A stretch of 63,987 nucleotides of DNA, filler included, from Dimargaris cristalligena (GCA_003614675.1; 3 parts of 3 records of this genome joined end to end with filler, not necessarily neighbours in it); one strand, 5' to 3'; positions 25,141 through 39,000 are shown, counted from the whole stretch's first letter. Notes: generated by a model from the sequence alone, not told the origin. A program made the numbers and translations.

Positions 25141-26157
25141 TTAGTGTTTTTTTCTGGGGTTACTTGGTCCCAAAGTCAGCCAGGCCACAATTGCTACTAA
25201 CAACACGCCGCTTGACATTTTATCCCACAGGCTAGAGGATGTGGACTCCGACTGGGACGACGTGGAAGCAACAGGGGAAGACGAAGGCTCGGTCGGACTA
25301 GTAGGCAGAGTTTCCAAGGTAGGTTGGACGGGGGCAGTCTCGCGTAATTTCGGGGGTATGGGTGCCCCGGCTGACGAGGCAATGATGTGGGCCACGGTTT
25401 TTGGTGTGACGGTGGGTAGTTCACCGGTTGCACGTTCCACTTGCTGAACTACGTCCAGGGCTGATACCGAAGCCGCTGCATCGTCAGTATTGGGGGGGAG
25501 CGTTGGTGGCGATGGTTCGGGTACCTCCACTTCCGCAATTGGGAGGGGGGCTGCTGAGGTTGGTGGTGGGGTTACTGTAGAGCCGGCGGACTTAGGTGGC
25601 TGAATCGTTGTGGCGCAGGCGGTGGCGGTGGGCTCTGGAACCCGGAGCTCTGGGACCCCAGCCTCTTTGGTAGTCGGGACTACTTCCGGGTCGTTGGAAA
25701 TAGTTATGTTCGAACGCTTTTCGTTCAGCGTCGCCTTAGTTTCGGAAGCAGTGGGGGTTTCCAGTGCCGAGTCGACGGCGGGCGATAATGGGCGGTCCTC
25801 TACCTCCATAGTGGTTGCGACCGGGGGACTATGGTAGGTGACAGTGTCTGGAACCGGGCCGGTCTTCTTAACGGCGTCCCAAATCCGGGAGCAGAGGGCC
25901 TCTTTTCGGCCATTGGTGGGCAGGTTGTTTTGGCGGAGCCAGTCGCGTAATTCCGGGATAGTGTACCGGCGAATTAGCTTCCGAGAAGTAAAGCCGGTCA
26001 GCTCACCGAGGGGGGTGTTGGTTTGGGGCTGCCGGGCCATGGGGGCCGCCTCATTCAACACAAATGGGTAGGTAGAAAGAGGACGCCGGACTGGGGTGGT
26101 CCATCCCATTGGCGAGGGATGAACCAATCGCAGGGTGGGCCTGGGGTTGAGGACCAT
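25141..26157 (-). CDS. SAP-domain protein with a mitochondrial-presequence-like N-terminus and a C-terminal transmembrane helix (Aim34-like architecture)
   Basis: SAP motif RRYTIPELRDWLRQNNLPTNGRKEALCSRI; P/T/S-rich linker; TM segment GVLLVAIVAWLTLG followed by a basic tail. Confidence 0.7.
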   Translation of the reverse strand: MVLNPRPTLRLVHPSPMGWTTPVRRPLSTYPFVLNEAAPMARQPQTNTPLGELTGFTSRKLIRRYTIPELRDWLRQNNLPTNGRKEALCSRIWDAVKKTGPVPDTVTYHSPPVATTMEVEDRPLSPAVDSALETPTASETKATLNEKRSNITISNDPEVVPTTKEAGVPELRVPEPTATACATTIQPPKSAGSTVTPPPTSAAPLPIAEVEVPEPSPPTLPPNTDDAAASVSALDVVQQVERATGELPTVTPKTVAHIIASSAGAPIPPKLRETAPVQPTLETLPTSPTEPSSSPVASTSSQSESTSSSLWDKMSSGVLLVAIVAWLTLGPSNPRKKH

Positions 26158-26840
26158 GGTGGCTAGTATAAATATGCTTCAATGCGGCGGATCGGGGTCA
26201 GAGTAGATAGACCTAGGCGCCAAGGGAAGAAGCGAGAGAGAAATAAAGCGGGTAACAGAGCAACGGCAGTCAGTCGGTCTCCCGGGAATATAATAAAAAA
26301 GGGGTTTAGAAAAATAAGCCAAACTGCTTGGGTGAAAGTTTTGGCCATCAAATACAAGATATAGCACTCTGCTATTGGACTTCGTTTCTAATGTGGAGCA
26401 CCTCCAATGCAGGATGTCGCTTCCCCCCCAAAACAGCGGGTGCCGACCATTTGGGGAGACCCTCGTTGATGTTCCTGACTATGGGGTTTCGGAGGGTTTT
26501 TCCCGGAGACTCACAAATATCCCAATCAATGCGGAAGTGGAGAGTGTGATAAATACTCAATAGGTTAAGCAGTCGTCTGGCTTGGTGACTATTTAATCAC
26601 GTGATTCGGCCATCAGCCAATTTTTTACTTCTGGACTAACTAGCCTTTTCATACCTTCGAACAGATCAGACAGAATAGACACATTTCTTAGTGCAAGGTC
26701 CCCCTCTGCAGGCCAGAATAGAACAGAATAGGATAGGATAGGAGGGGTAGGTAGGCGTTGGCCCACTCTACACTGCAGCATGCCTGAACACCACACCAAA
26801 CAGCTATAGGCTGTTGATTTTTTTTCCCGAACCAGGCCAG

Positions 26841-26850
26841 CGAAAATTTT
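26841..26850 (+). promoter_or_regulatory. RRPE-like motif (GAAAATTTT) upstream of ribosome-biogenesis gene MRT4
   Basis: cgaaaatttt about 180 bp upstream of the MRT4 ATG; matches the fungal RRPE consensus AAAWTTTT. Short motif that could be chance. Confidence 0.3.
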
Positions 26851-27021
26851 AGCTGGATTTGCAGAAGCACAGCGCTGAAGAATCCCATAGGACTTGTTAC
26901 TTTGTGCTATCTCTCCACCGTGTTAACAACTCCCCTCTGCCTCAATTCCCGACCTCGCATTCTTCCCCTATTCCTCTTTTCAACCCCCTTCCCTCCCTCC
27001 CATTCATTAACACAGCACGCC

Positions 27022-27919
27022 ATGCCTCGTTCCAAGCGCTCCAAGGTAGTGTCCCTGACCAAGGCCATCCCCAAGACCCGGGTGGCCAAGACCGAGCTGA
27101 CCCAGAAGATTGAGGAAGCTCTGGACAAATACGACCACGTCTACGTGTTCGCCTGCGACAACATGCGCAACAATTTCCTCAAGGAAGTCCGCCACGACTG
27201 GTCCCACAGCCGAATCTTCTGGGGCAACAACAAGGTCATGGGCAAGGCCTTTGGCGCCAGTCCCGAGGACGAGTACCAGGCCAATACCCACCACCTCGGC
27301 AAGGCCCTGGTCAACGACGTCGGTTTGTTGTTCACCAACGAAAGTCCCGAGGCCGTCCAGACCTACTTCAAGAACTTCACCCGGTTAGACTACGCCCGCG
27401 CCGGTGTGGTCGCCACCGAAACCGTGGCCCTCGCCCAGGGTCCCGTGGTCCGGGGTCCTGATAGCGAACCCTTCCCCAATAACATGGAAACCCAGCTGCG
27501 GGCTTTGGGTATGCCCACCAGCCTCAAAAACGGCGTCATCACGTTATTGCAGGACTACAATATTTGCAAGGCCGACGATACGCTGAACTCGCAGCAGTGT
27601 CAACTCCTGGTAAGTCTTATTGATTCTATATTGATTGATTTTGTTTTTTTAAAAAATAGTGGATTACTTGATTTATAAGATGGCTCTATGTTTACTCCTT
27701 CCCTGTCTAGCTAGCTTCATCCTGTTACTTCTCCTCCCTCAAAACACCCGCCCAGCTATTGTAAAACGACCTAAACTAATCCACCATGTATCACTTGTAA
27801 TCAATAATCCATCACCTTGAATATAACCCCTTCCATAGAAACACTTTTACCACCAACAAGCCGAATTCAAGATGGTTCTGAAATGCCACTACTCCAATGG
27901 TGTATTCAGCCGGATGTAA
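27022..27919 (+). CDS. MRT4: Ribosome assembly factor Mrt4 (mRNA turnover 4); exons 27022-27609 and 27839-27919
   Basis: MPRSKRSKVVSLTK, NMRNNFLKEVR, GLLFTNE, DYARAG, METQLRALGMPTSLKNG. A GTAAGT...catAG intron gives C-terminus QLL|KHFYHQQAEFKMVL. Confidence 0.97.
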
Positions 27920-30695
27920 CTAGTCTGTTTGAGGATTTTGAATATCCCCAACATTACCCAGTAAAACCATACCATCAGCATTGCCGTTAGTAATAAATTT
28001 TCTTTTAAATCCACCCCAGGTATGGTTACCAAGACCGCTTATCGAATGGGCCGGTATTGGTACTATGATGCCAAATAATCACGAGTCCCCACGACATAAC
28101 TGTTGGGGAGGGGGGGGTGCGCCTTTAAAGAGTAAATGCCAAATTGTCACTTTAAAGATAATGTCCCTGGCGTAGGGATCGGAATGAACAGATGGAGTGA
28201 TAATGGGGGGTAAACACTTATAGAAATTGATTATTCTAGTCATGGGTATTCGGGAAGTTACTCCACCTACCTAGCCCGAATCACCATCAATATGACTAGT
28301 AACCTTCACATATTTACCTTATCAGATCAATCGCGCTGGTAGAATAATCGACCATGTGTGAACTTAAAGCCCTAAACCATCTCTGCCAATAGTCATTTTT
28401 AATTTAAAGTAGTTTGATATATGATGAGATTCAGTGACACTACCGTGGCCAGTTCCCCAGTATTTGCCTCAAACCCTCCTCTTCCCACTAGCACCGATTA
28501 GCCCTTACCCACAGGATATTCTATTATTGCTGTTCTAAGATTGTTAAATTTAATATCATGTTTATGACACCCATCAAGGACCTCCAATGTCAACTAGGCT
28601 ACCTCTCGGTAAGTGTTTGGGGTATGCTTAGATGCATCTAATAAATTCGCTCACTGGTTTAAGCACCGAAACCGACATACCCTTCGGCGCTACCTACTCC
28701 CCATACTATCTTATTTTGTCCATCCGCCGACGTATCAATCAAATAAATGATCTATATCGTTCGGCAGACCTAATACCACTGGGGGAGAAGTAGGACGGAT
28801 CAGCCCGAAATGGTTGTTCATGCCGCTACCATCCTCACCACAGGCCGTCCGTATCTTCAACGAGTTAATATGGAGGCCACTCACGTCTAAGCCCAAAACG
28901 GATGCGGCGATGGGAGAATGGGTGGGGGGAAATAATACCGATCAACCCAAAACTCCTTTATCAGGTATTCCCAATGAGTCAGAAGCTGGTACAATCGAAC
29001 TCCAAAGTTTCGGAATGGACGGTTAGGTTGCGAACAGGAGAGAATGTCCATATACGCAAGTCCCATGGTTGTTCACATTAAGGTGAAGACGGAGGTGGGG
29101 AGTTTCTCAGCCTAGACGGCGTGCACTAAACGAGAAGCTCTTGGAGGGGGGGGGATATACCGCTAAAATCACTTCCCTGCTTTCCCCTTCTTGGTAGTCA
29201 TACAGAGGTTGGACGAATACCACCGGGTGATGTTGGATGAAGGTTCCACACGGCATTGCGATGAAGGGAGAAGAAGAGCGTCCACTTAACTCACTTATTA
29301 GGTGAGTATAACCCATTCTTCTTTGGTATCCCACCCCCCTTCTCGTTTGTAGTTGTCGGGCTAAAGTAAATACAATTTTATCATGGCAATAATACTAACA
29401 TCTGGTAAATAACATACCATAATTTGAGAAAACTGTACTTTAACCAAATATTCCACCCATTTGGAGGTGCGTTTTAACACAATGGTACCCTATTCTAGTA
29501 TATATCTATATCTAGAGTATACCTGAATCCCCTCCGATGAGTCTAACCGAACGGCAGCAAGTTCCTACTACTAGCCGCTGTCCAACATTCCGCAACCTTC
29601 AGCGACGATGGTTGAGAGAGTCACGTCAATTGCACTTAATGATACACAATTTGAATGCAAGATATCCGTAGAATACGGCTGCAGTGAGAATTTTTCATGG
29701 CCGAGTAACTTGGCTGGCCGATTTTAAGTATTCGTATTGGGGGTTGACCATACATGTGTACTTTTATACGTAGGTATGTGTGGGTAGGATTGTGGCTGTG
29801 TTGCCAAAGGCACGTACGACATTGACTAAGCGGCCTGCCCTAAACGAGCCCATGCCCCCCGCTAACTTTCCCCCCTACCCTACCCTTCCCCTCCCTGTTG
29901 TCTGCGTTCCCCGTCTAGCCAACTCTTTAACCATGGAGTTCCCCCTTCTAGCACCCTGGACTTGTAGCTCCTAGCTAACCAATCATCCGGTGTGGGACTC
30001 CGTGGGTCAACAGTTGCGTTTAGATAACAGCCGCCCTCCCCTCCTGTTACTATGCCCCCCCTTCTTCGGCACCAGTCTTAGGCTGCTCCAGGGCCGCTTC
30101 ATACAGCCAGTTCGTCATTCTCTACGGGTGAATATAATAGAACGGTTCTCCTAGGGTGGTTGTCCTACCAGTGTCCTCTTACACCGTTGGCTACATCAAT
30201 GTAGGCGAGAGAGTACTTCCACTCCTTTCTCCCATTTGTGTAATTAGCTAGTGCCTCGGTTGTTGTGGTCAGTAATCCCTACCTTCGCGTAGCTATCTCC
30301 CCGTTTCTATTTAACCCAACTGTGGGTACGCCATCCTCCCGTTTGCACTCTTTTATTTTGGCTGGCTTAATATATGAAATTACTCGATACATTATTTCGT
30401 ATACTATATGTTTCACCTCTCTTCTCAATCTATACTTAAATTTATTTTAGTGTGGTAGATATAAAGTCTTGGGTGGTTTCCCTCCCCCGAGACGTATTCT
30501 GGTCCCTGCATCTATGATCATTAACTCGGGTTGGATACACTCGTAAAAACGGCTGATTAGAGTTCGGCTTATTCATATTCATCATAGAATACCAATTTAT
30601 AGTACTCCCCTGCATTTCCCGAGTACAGGCCCTTCTATTTGGTTATATTACTCTCTTGCTCTTTATATATACATAAAGATATATATTTCACCCCA

Positions 30696-32342
30696 ATGCG
30701 TACCAACCAACTTAACCATTTCTGTCTTATTCTCGCCACGGTGGGGAGCTGTAGCTATGCGGCCAGTGTGGGAAATATAACAACCACCGAGTTACCGCCC
30801 AATCCAAAGCGCGAATGCGTTTCCCCTGACGTTTTCGACCCCAATGTCGATTACTACCCCGAAAAATGGCAGAGTAAGTCCGGCTATTATACTACCCATT
30901 CACTAACCATTATGATCGATTACCATATACGGCTCCATATCTCCAAACCCGGTATGTCGGTCATTATTTTGATGGCCAGTTGCTGGGTCTATTCCCGCTC
31001 TGTGGGGACTGGGTTACCCAACCCCAACCCGCCCAACCTCTACCCATATGTATTTATTAATCGTGCCCAATCTACCCTTTATATACATATTTATATCTCT
31101 CTTTCCAAATCTCCCGCTTCGACCTCACCTGCCCATCTTTAACTACCAAGGCAGCGACGAGGACTCTTTCACCGTCAAGTACTTCAACCACTACAAAGAG
31201 ATTTCCAATCACATCACCGACGAAAATTTTCTATTGGTCAAATGCGGCACTCCTACCCCGTCGGGCTACAACCAAGACCAGTTTAAAATTTTCGAGACCC
31301 CGGTCGAACGTATTGGGGTAGCCCAAAACTCCACCCAATCATTCCTCTACAAGCTGGGCTACGCTAATGTGATTCCCATCGAGGGGTCATCGGCGGCCCC
31401 GCACGTAGACTCGTCCGATAAAAAGTCCATGTTCAAACAGCCCTACGACCGGTTCATCGGGCTACCGTCCCGTTTAAATGACCGGCAGTCCGGGATGGTG
31501 GATATTGCTTTTACGGGTCACTTTATGCCCGAGGATAAGTATGCCACCGTCAATGAATCCACCGAACGTACACCGTTAAAGGTAAGTAGGGGTTTTACGA
31601 CCTGGGGGAAGGTCCCTGTTGTAGCCCACCGCCGGCTTATTCCGAGCCAAGCCCATATGGGCCCCAATCACTCGTTGCACATGGGTATTACCAACACGTC
31701 CATTGTGGACTAAACCCATGGCCCTTTTTTTTTGAGGTCCCTACACCATAGCGGCTAAACCCCTCACTAACCTATCTACCTAACTATGTTCATCTATATT
31801 CATCGCAATTCCAAACTATCAGCGAAGCGAATGGATTGGATTCTACAGTTTGTTCGTGGACCGCGAGGGCGAGGCCAACCGCCGGGTGGAGATGATGAAC
31901 GACAACTACCGCTGCATGAAAAACAAACTCAAGGAGGTGCTCGAAACCAAAAACCTCCAACCCCTCAAAGTGGCCTGGGCCCGTTACGAAGAGCCCAAGG
32001 AGGCCAACGACCACAAGGAAACGTGGATTCTCACGCAGGCTCCATTCAAAGTGGCCCTCACCGGGGACGCCGGTGCTGAAATGATCAATAAGGGTATTAC
32101 AAGTAAATTCACCAACAAGGCGGCGATGCGCTTCGCACTGACACAGGCGGATATTTTAATCGATGAAACGTACGGGACTCATACGATTGAAGCCGTGCTG
32201 CAGCACTTTGGCATCGAGGACACGCCGCAGGATGCGCAGGTGTTTAAGTTTATTTATAATCGGATGGTGTTCCGTGAAGATGGGCTGCGAACAGCAACCG
32301 ATGGCAACGGTAAGTAACCGGGCTTGTGGATATGCAAAGCCG

Positions 32343-32374
<32 letters not shown>

Positions 32375-33025
32375 GTTTACATAGTGTTGATGTGCACAGG
32401 CATGGTGATTTTTGTCTGATTAGAAGAATAGCTGACATGCCTGGATACCGTTGGTATTCATTGTAGTGAATTGCCTATTGATTCTATGATATGGCAATTG
32501 ACCCACTTAATTATATTTCAATGGTCCCGTATACTCATATACATTTACAGGATGGTACCATACGGCGGTTTCCTCGGCGGATGTGCTACTTCAGGATTTC
32601 ATTCGGGCGGTTTACATGCCCTCCTCCAAACAACTGCCTCGGCTGTGGTTCCGTAATCTTGCCCGAGAGGAGGTTCTGAGCGTCATGAAAACGGGACGGG
32701 CCGAGAACGGGCTGGAACTTGAAAAGGTAAGAGTCTTTCGATAATCGTTTTTTTGTAGTTAAGTCAGTCCAATGGTGTACAGTGTGCCCCTTCCCTTTCC
32801 CCATATTCGATAAGGCTAATCGTTATATGGTCTGCTGTAAAATATTATTTATTACCACACTTCCGTCTGTAGTTGCGTCCCTATGGCTGCGAGAACATCC
32901 AATGGTCGGACGTCACGGTCCGCTCGAAACCCATCCCCGACAATTCCGGTTCATCCCTCCACTACACTACTGTCTGGGGGCTGACCATCGTGGTTCTTAC
33001 CGCCACTTTCTCTACGAATCTCTAG
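30696..33025 (+). CDS. Secreted, probably GPI-anchored periplasmic-binding-protein-like protein (CBA1 cobalamin acquisition protein-like); exons 30696-30873, 31151-31581, 31823-32309, 32551-32726, 32873-33025
   Basis: Signal peptide; motifs CV..FDPNVDYYPEK, FTVKYFNHYKEISN, LLVKCGTPTP, ERTPLKRSEWIGFYSLF, NYRC, LKVAW, DAG, DILIDET, VFREDG..GNGWY..AVSSADVLLQDFI, WFRNLA; C-terminal NSG + hydrophobic tail. All four introns are GT-AG and frame-consistent. Confidence 0.8.
32343..32370. repeat. (TA)n microsatellite in intron
   Basis: Direct reading. Confidence 0.9.
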
Positions 33026-33936
33026 AAATTGGAGATGAAAAATAAATAAGAATGTGATTGTTATCCGACTCGCTTAGTTTACCCTGGTTTGGTGGCCTCT
33101 ATTTGGGCTCGCTTCAATCATCTGTCCATGCCTCCGGACCACTGTACACTCAGGCCTATTTTCTGGTTCCTGATTGTGTGATATTACTATACTCTTCGTA
33201 CGTCCATCTACATTTTTACTGAACAAATTATAGATTAATTGCAATATTTACCCCCTCTTGATGGTCGAGTATCATTGAGTCCTATGGACAATTAGTATAT
33301 AAACATTGAATAATTTTTTTAAGGAAAACGTGCTTGAGTTTGGGGGGCTGTTTCAGACTACTCACAAGTCAGAATGGCTATGGTTATGGGTGCATGTTTG
33401 GTAATGTTATTGCTGGCGCTCTATGGCTAAGGGGTATCCAAACCCCACTATATCTGTACTTGGTCCATTCACGGCGAGCCATTTGACTAGACCAAAATCG
33501 ATCAACATTAGTGCTGATTTATCCCCTATAAATCAATGAGTATTATAGGAAGGAGGGAGAGAGAGAGAGAGGGAAAGAGAGGGAGAGGGCTACTCTATAG
33601 ACAAGCTATTTTCCGGCCTGAACTACTGAGGCCTACCTGAAACGGAGTTTGAAGGAGGTATATGCCCGAATTCTCCATCTTGCCTGAACCAAGCCCCCAC
33701 TACCCGTCACCGTCCATCTGACTGCAGGTATACTTTACAGCCCTTCTCCACTGCCACCACCTCATTCCGCCTCATCTTTCACGTAGATTCAGCTTCTTAC
33801 ATCACCGCTTCGCTTCTGAGAACCACCTTTGGCTTCGTGAATTGCTTTAGAGCTCCAGCATCTATTTCCTATTCAACCACTAGTGTATTAGTCCCCATTC
33901 CCGACCTTTTTACCAGGCGAGCCAACAGTATCTTCG

Positions 33937-35163
33937 ATGGCTTCCGTGCAAAAGTCTCCATCGGTGAGCGACTCGAGCAGCTCCACATCCTCGGTGCAGT
34001 TCACCGTAGGCAAACTCGATGCGGGCATGGTAAGTCGACCTCCCCCTCTCCTCTTGCTCTAATTTCACCCATGTTCGAAGGACGGGACCCCAGCCTCGGC
34101 TATAGGATGTAGCATTGCGGTCTTGGCAAGTGTCACTAAGTATAACCACGATTCATCTCGACCGTTGTTCAAATGTAATGCCGGATTTGGCGCCAGTAGC
34201 GGGTGGCAACTCTTGGGTCTTGGCTTCCCTGTTCCAATGCGCAAACCTTTTCTCTCTTCACCCTCTTGGTACTACTTTGATGCCCCGAATTCACCGGCGC
34301 AAGAGAACCAAGCTAACATGGCTGAGGCGAACCCAAATACCCCTCCCTCCCTCTGTCTCCTCTTGGCGGCTTAAAACCTCAATTAATGCTATCCCTACTT
34401 ACATACCCATTTTTGGAACCATGTAATTATTTATTACCGCACCCAGGCGATGCTCCTCACCGAAGAGAACCACTTGATTGAATTTCCCTCGCTTCTACTA
34501 CCCAGCGGGGTCGGCAGCGGGTCGATTGTCAACATTGAAGTACGCCGCAATACAAACGAAGAGGCCAAACAACGCGCGAAATTCGAGGCGCTCCAGGAAG
34601 AGATCATGGCCGAATTTGGGACCCGCGAGCCCCAGGCCCCGGTACTCAAGGTCCGTTCGGCCACGCAAACCTCAGTGACGCTCGAATGGGAGCCCCTCCA
34701 ACTCGCCGCGGCTGACCTCCACCGCCTGGTGCTCTACCGGGACGGCGCGCAATCCTCCCTCCATATCCCGCTCGACCACACCATGTGTAAAGTAAGTGGC
34801 CTGGATGTCAACCACGCCTATAAATTCTCCCTGGACATGAAAACGTCCGCGGGTACCTACGCCTCCAATACCGTTAATGCCCAAACCCACGCGCTCGAAA
34901 ACTTAACGGGTATCCACGTCGCGTTCGGTGACTACGAAAGTGAAGTCGAAACCCAGTCCCTTCGGACCTGCCTCCAACGTATCGGCGCCCAGTGGTCCAG
35001 TGAAGTGTCGCTGGACTCCACCCATTTGCTGTGTCGGACCCCCCGGGGACCGAACTACGAAAAGGCCGTGCAGTTGAATATTCCCATCGTGAAGCCCGAT
35101 TGGCTGATTGCCTGCGAAACGAACAAGAAACTGCAGCCCGCTCTGTCGTACTATTTGACGTAA
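33937..35163 (+). CDS. CHS5: Exomer subunit Chs5 (N-terminal domain + FN3 + BRCT); exons 33937-34029 and 34447-35163
   Basis: FTVGKLDAGM|AMLLTEENHLIEFPSLLLPSGVGSGSIVNI; FN3 SATQTSVTLEWEPL..KVSGLDVNHAYKF; BRCT THLLC..NIPIVKPDWLIAC. Confidence 0.95.
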
Positions 35164-36090
35164 AATGGGGTAAAGAAAGTATAGGAAGCGTTCAATATCA
35201 TGCAATTATTATAGCATTAAAGAGGGGGCCGTTTATAATTTGTTTTTACCATTTTTGCGTTTGGGGACATTTATCTATACCAGCTGTTGCTTACATTATC
35301 CCTCACTAAAATACGATATTAACCCGCCATTTGGATAAGTATTATAATTGACCATATATACATATATACACCACCACTCATACACATAGCTGTCAAATCC
35401 ACCATCGGCCTTAGTTTTGCCCTACATTCTCTAAGGCTATCATTTTATTTTGTTTGTCTTCCACTTGCCTAATTATATCATACCCCCCCCTATATTATAC
35501 CTTTTTCATTATGGCTTCTTCTACTCCTATTATCACCGCCTACATTATTCGGGGAGTGCTGATATATAGTCTAACATTATCTCTATCTACCGTTCGGCAT
35601 ACCAGTCTAGTCAGTAAGTATTGGCCGCAGACTGACCTCCTCCTGAATCGTATGCATGGACGGCGGGGAAACAGCATTCCGATTTATTACGATGTATAAT
35701 TGAAAGAACATAAAAATAAAAAATAAAAAACCTTAAGAACATAGAAAGGTGCAACAGCGAAAGCAAATCGTCGATAAGTTTTGGATTGAATAAATTATTA
35801 TTACAGGGTGAATTGATTTCGGAACGAAAATCAACGGGATTTGAGGGGAACATAGTAGTAGCGGGAATATAAGAAGAAAAAAACGGTATTATAATAAGGG
35901 ATAAGATCTTCTAAGCCTTTCAAGATCGGGTCCCTACCGCTTAATTGGTAAATGGTGAGCAGCAGCGGGGAAAAGAGTGTGGAGCAACGGCGGGGTTAAA
36001 AAAAAATCGAAAAATATATTGCGGGGGGAAGTGAGGGGTGAGAGAGAGTGGGGTTAGTGCATTGGGGTGCTTAAAAGCTTCTAGCTAAAA

Positions 36091-39000
36091 TTAGCGTTTT
36101 TTCAACCGGGAAACGCATCGCGGACAGAACCATGATTCCGGTACCGACCCGGGCAAGATACCCACGCAACGACCATGGAACCACTGTTTACATTTATCGC
36201 AGGATATCATGAAGCTGCTATCATCTAAGTACGGCGTTGCGCATACACAGCGCGTGATATCTTCCTGGTTAAGGTTGGCAGGCGGTTCGTTTCGGAAGCC
36301 CAGCGGCAGTGGCAGTGGCCGCGACGACACCGGGTGGGGGTGAGAGAGGGAGTGTGAGTGGGAATGGGAATGCGAATTAGGGTAGGGAGAAGGGTGGGTG
36401 GTCGTTGGTGCTAATGGGGGTGGGGGTGGCATATGGGGCGACATCGACGGATTCCCGCCGGGCGAGGGATAGGGTTGGGGATGGGACGGGTGGTGGGGGG
36501 GTGGTTTAGATGAACTAAAGGGGGCGGGCGAAGATCCGGCTAACGATGATTTACGCCGCTTTTTAGGATGGCTGGACGCGGAAGACGACGACGAAGTGCG
36601 CGAGTGAGTAGCCGGCGAGGTACCGCCACTTCCTCTATATCCATTACTAGAATCAGTCGCCGGGTGTTTGAGTGATGATGTGGATGATGGATACGGGGCA
36701 GGTAAAGGTGACGGTGGTGCTCGATTATCGCTATGGCTGTTATGGCCGAGCGCCAAGGATGCCGACGACGAGGATGACGTGGATAGTTTCCTACCCTCGG
36801 CGTGACCGCCGTTGGTCCGCCCGGGCACCGAAACATTATGTCCATCACCCCTCAGGCCATTCCCACTGGCGCTGCGCCGAGAATCACCGAACCGGTCGTA
36901 GGCGGGCGAGGCCCCCGCGGAAGCCGAAGAGGAAGGCGGTGCGGGGGCTTTAAGTTTCAAGTTCGAAAATTTGATTTTGATTTTCGGTGGCCCAGCGGTG
37001 GCCGGTGTGGATGGTGTTGAAGGAAGCGGGCTGGGCGAGCGATGGTCATCGAGGCGGCCACTCACCCCTCCTGTAGGTGGGGCGGGGGACTGGTGACGAA
37101 TGCGAATGGTCGGGGTACTACTACTGGAATCCCGCCGGCCTAACATTGACGAGGTCAAAGAGGTAGGCTGGGGTGGGGACGAAGCGGCCGTGGAGTGAAA
37201 AGTAGCCCCCGCAGCGGTCGGGGACATGGCCGACGACGATCCATCGGCGTTCAGGACAATATGTAGTGGCGAGGATGGGGGGTGGCGTTGGGGGGTCCCA
37301 GGCCGAAACATGGATGAGGGAATGGAAATGGCCCTCGAGGAGGGGGCAGCGGAGGTGGTCGAAGAAGTGGATTCGACATTGGGGGAATTGCCCATTCCGA
37401 GCCCCGTGGCGGAAGAATAATCGGCTAGTGGCGTAGGCGGTCTACCCATTAACTTGAGTTTCGGGGGTTTACCGGACGCTGACGACCTCATACTCGGAGT
37501 AGCGCTGCCGGAGCCCAGGCCAAGATGGGGGGGAGTACCGCTACCGCCAGCCCCACTGCTGGGATGTGAAAATACCGACGTTGGAATGGCAATGGGGGTA
37601 TGCTGCCCACCACTGCCTAAGCCAAGTGCATTATGGGCCACTCCCCCGCCTATACTTCCCCTACTATTATGACCACCTCCACCCGTGCCACCATTGTGCA
37701 TGAGTCCCGCTGAGGAAATCGACCCATTTGAATCGACCGGGGGGTAGGTGGGTAGCTGTAAATGGGTGCTGGGTTTTCGACTAGGTACTATGGATAGACC
37801 CCGGGACCGGGGCACCAACTGCTTGAGTAGAGATGGTATAGTGCAGGGAGTGGACCCGAGTTGAACGGCGGGATGGACGATTTGGTTGGGATAGTTAAAG
37901 AGAGACGCCGATGGGATTAGTGTGGACTCGGCCTGGGACACTGAGGTGGGCGCAGACAATGCGGACGAGGGCGCATGCGTGTCAGCAGTAAAAGAAAGGC
38001 CAGACGGCGTGGGTTGAGTTGTGGGTAGCCCAGCCCCGCCGGACGGATGTCGCCGGCCCGATTTTTTGGAGCTACCGGGTGATTCGAGGCGCATAATTTG
38101 ACTGAAAAGGTCATCAAGGTGTTGATGGTTGGCTGATCCGATCGCTGAAGGCTCACTACTCCCACCTAAAGACGAGGAAGGGGTTCGATTCATATTAGGG
38201 GTGGACAAAAACGCGGGTGGTGATCGGGCCGGTAACAGGGATGTTGCTTGGCTTCGGGAGGTGACGGTTTGGACGTCCTGGAGGAGTGTATCTAGCTTAT
38301 TAGGAGCGGGCAAGCGGGGTCGGTTATAGAGATTATCTTCGCCTGGACCGAGTGGTACAACCGGCTGGTCCACGAGTGCCATAAGGGCAGAAGCCTCGTC
38401 TAAAGACGAGTCCTCGGGTACTGGGCGGGCGTCGAGTGATGGTGGTAATATTGAAGTAGTTTCTTCGGCAGCGGTCGTGGCAGGAGCTGACGAGAGAGGC
38501 GGCTTTGGACCATCGGTGGACGCTGGTACTATTAGGGAGGGCGAAGCGGACCTAGAATGCCGTAAGCGAAAATCTTCGGGCAAGGCAGACAAGGGCAATT
38601 CGGGCATGAATGACGGTATATAGTGTTGATCAGCCAGACCGGCCTGTTCGTGTAGATAATTTTGGAAGGTGTCAAGCATGGAGGTCGTTCGGTGGCTCGA
38701 CGGTGATGGTGATCCAACGTGGGTATGTTCAGAGTCACTATCGTAGAGCTCGAATTCGTCGTGGGCGGATGTTTGGGGTCCGCCGTTTAGCTGGTGGGCG
38801 ATGGATGGTGCGATTTGATCCAAATCCATCGAGTCGCCAGAGGGGTCAAGAAATTCGAGATCAACGAACAAGTCATCCGGAGTCACGTCTGCATATTCTA
38901 AAGTAAGCATATCGTCACCGGTCGTCGAGGGCGAGTCAGATGTTGGGATTATGGCTGATCAGACGGTAGAGTGGGTGGTATAGAGCCGGATTGGATATAG

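Noticed and set aside
26595-26606. Palindrome AATCACGTGATT (E-box) between the divergent SAP-domain gene and MRT4
   Set aside because: Plausible bHLH site, but a single short motif is not distinguishable from chance.
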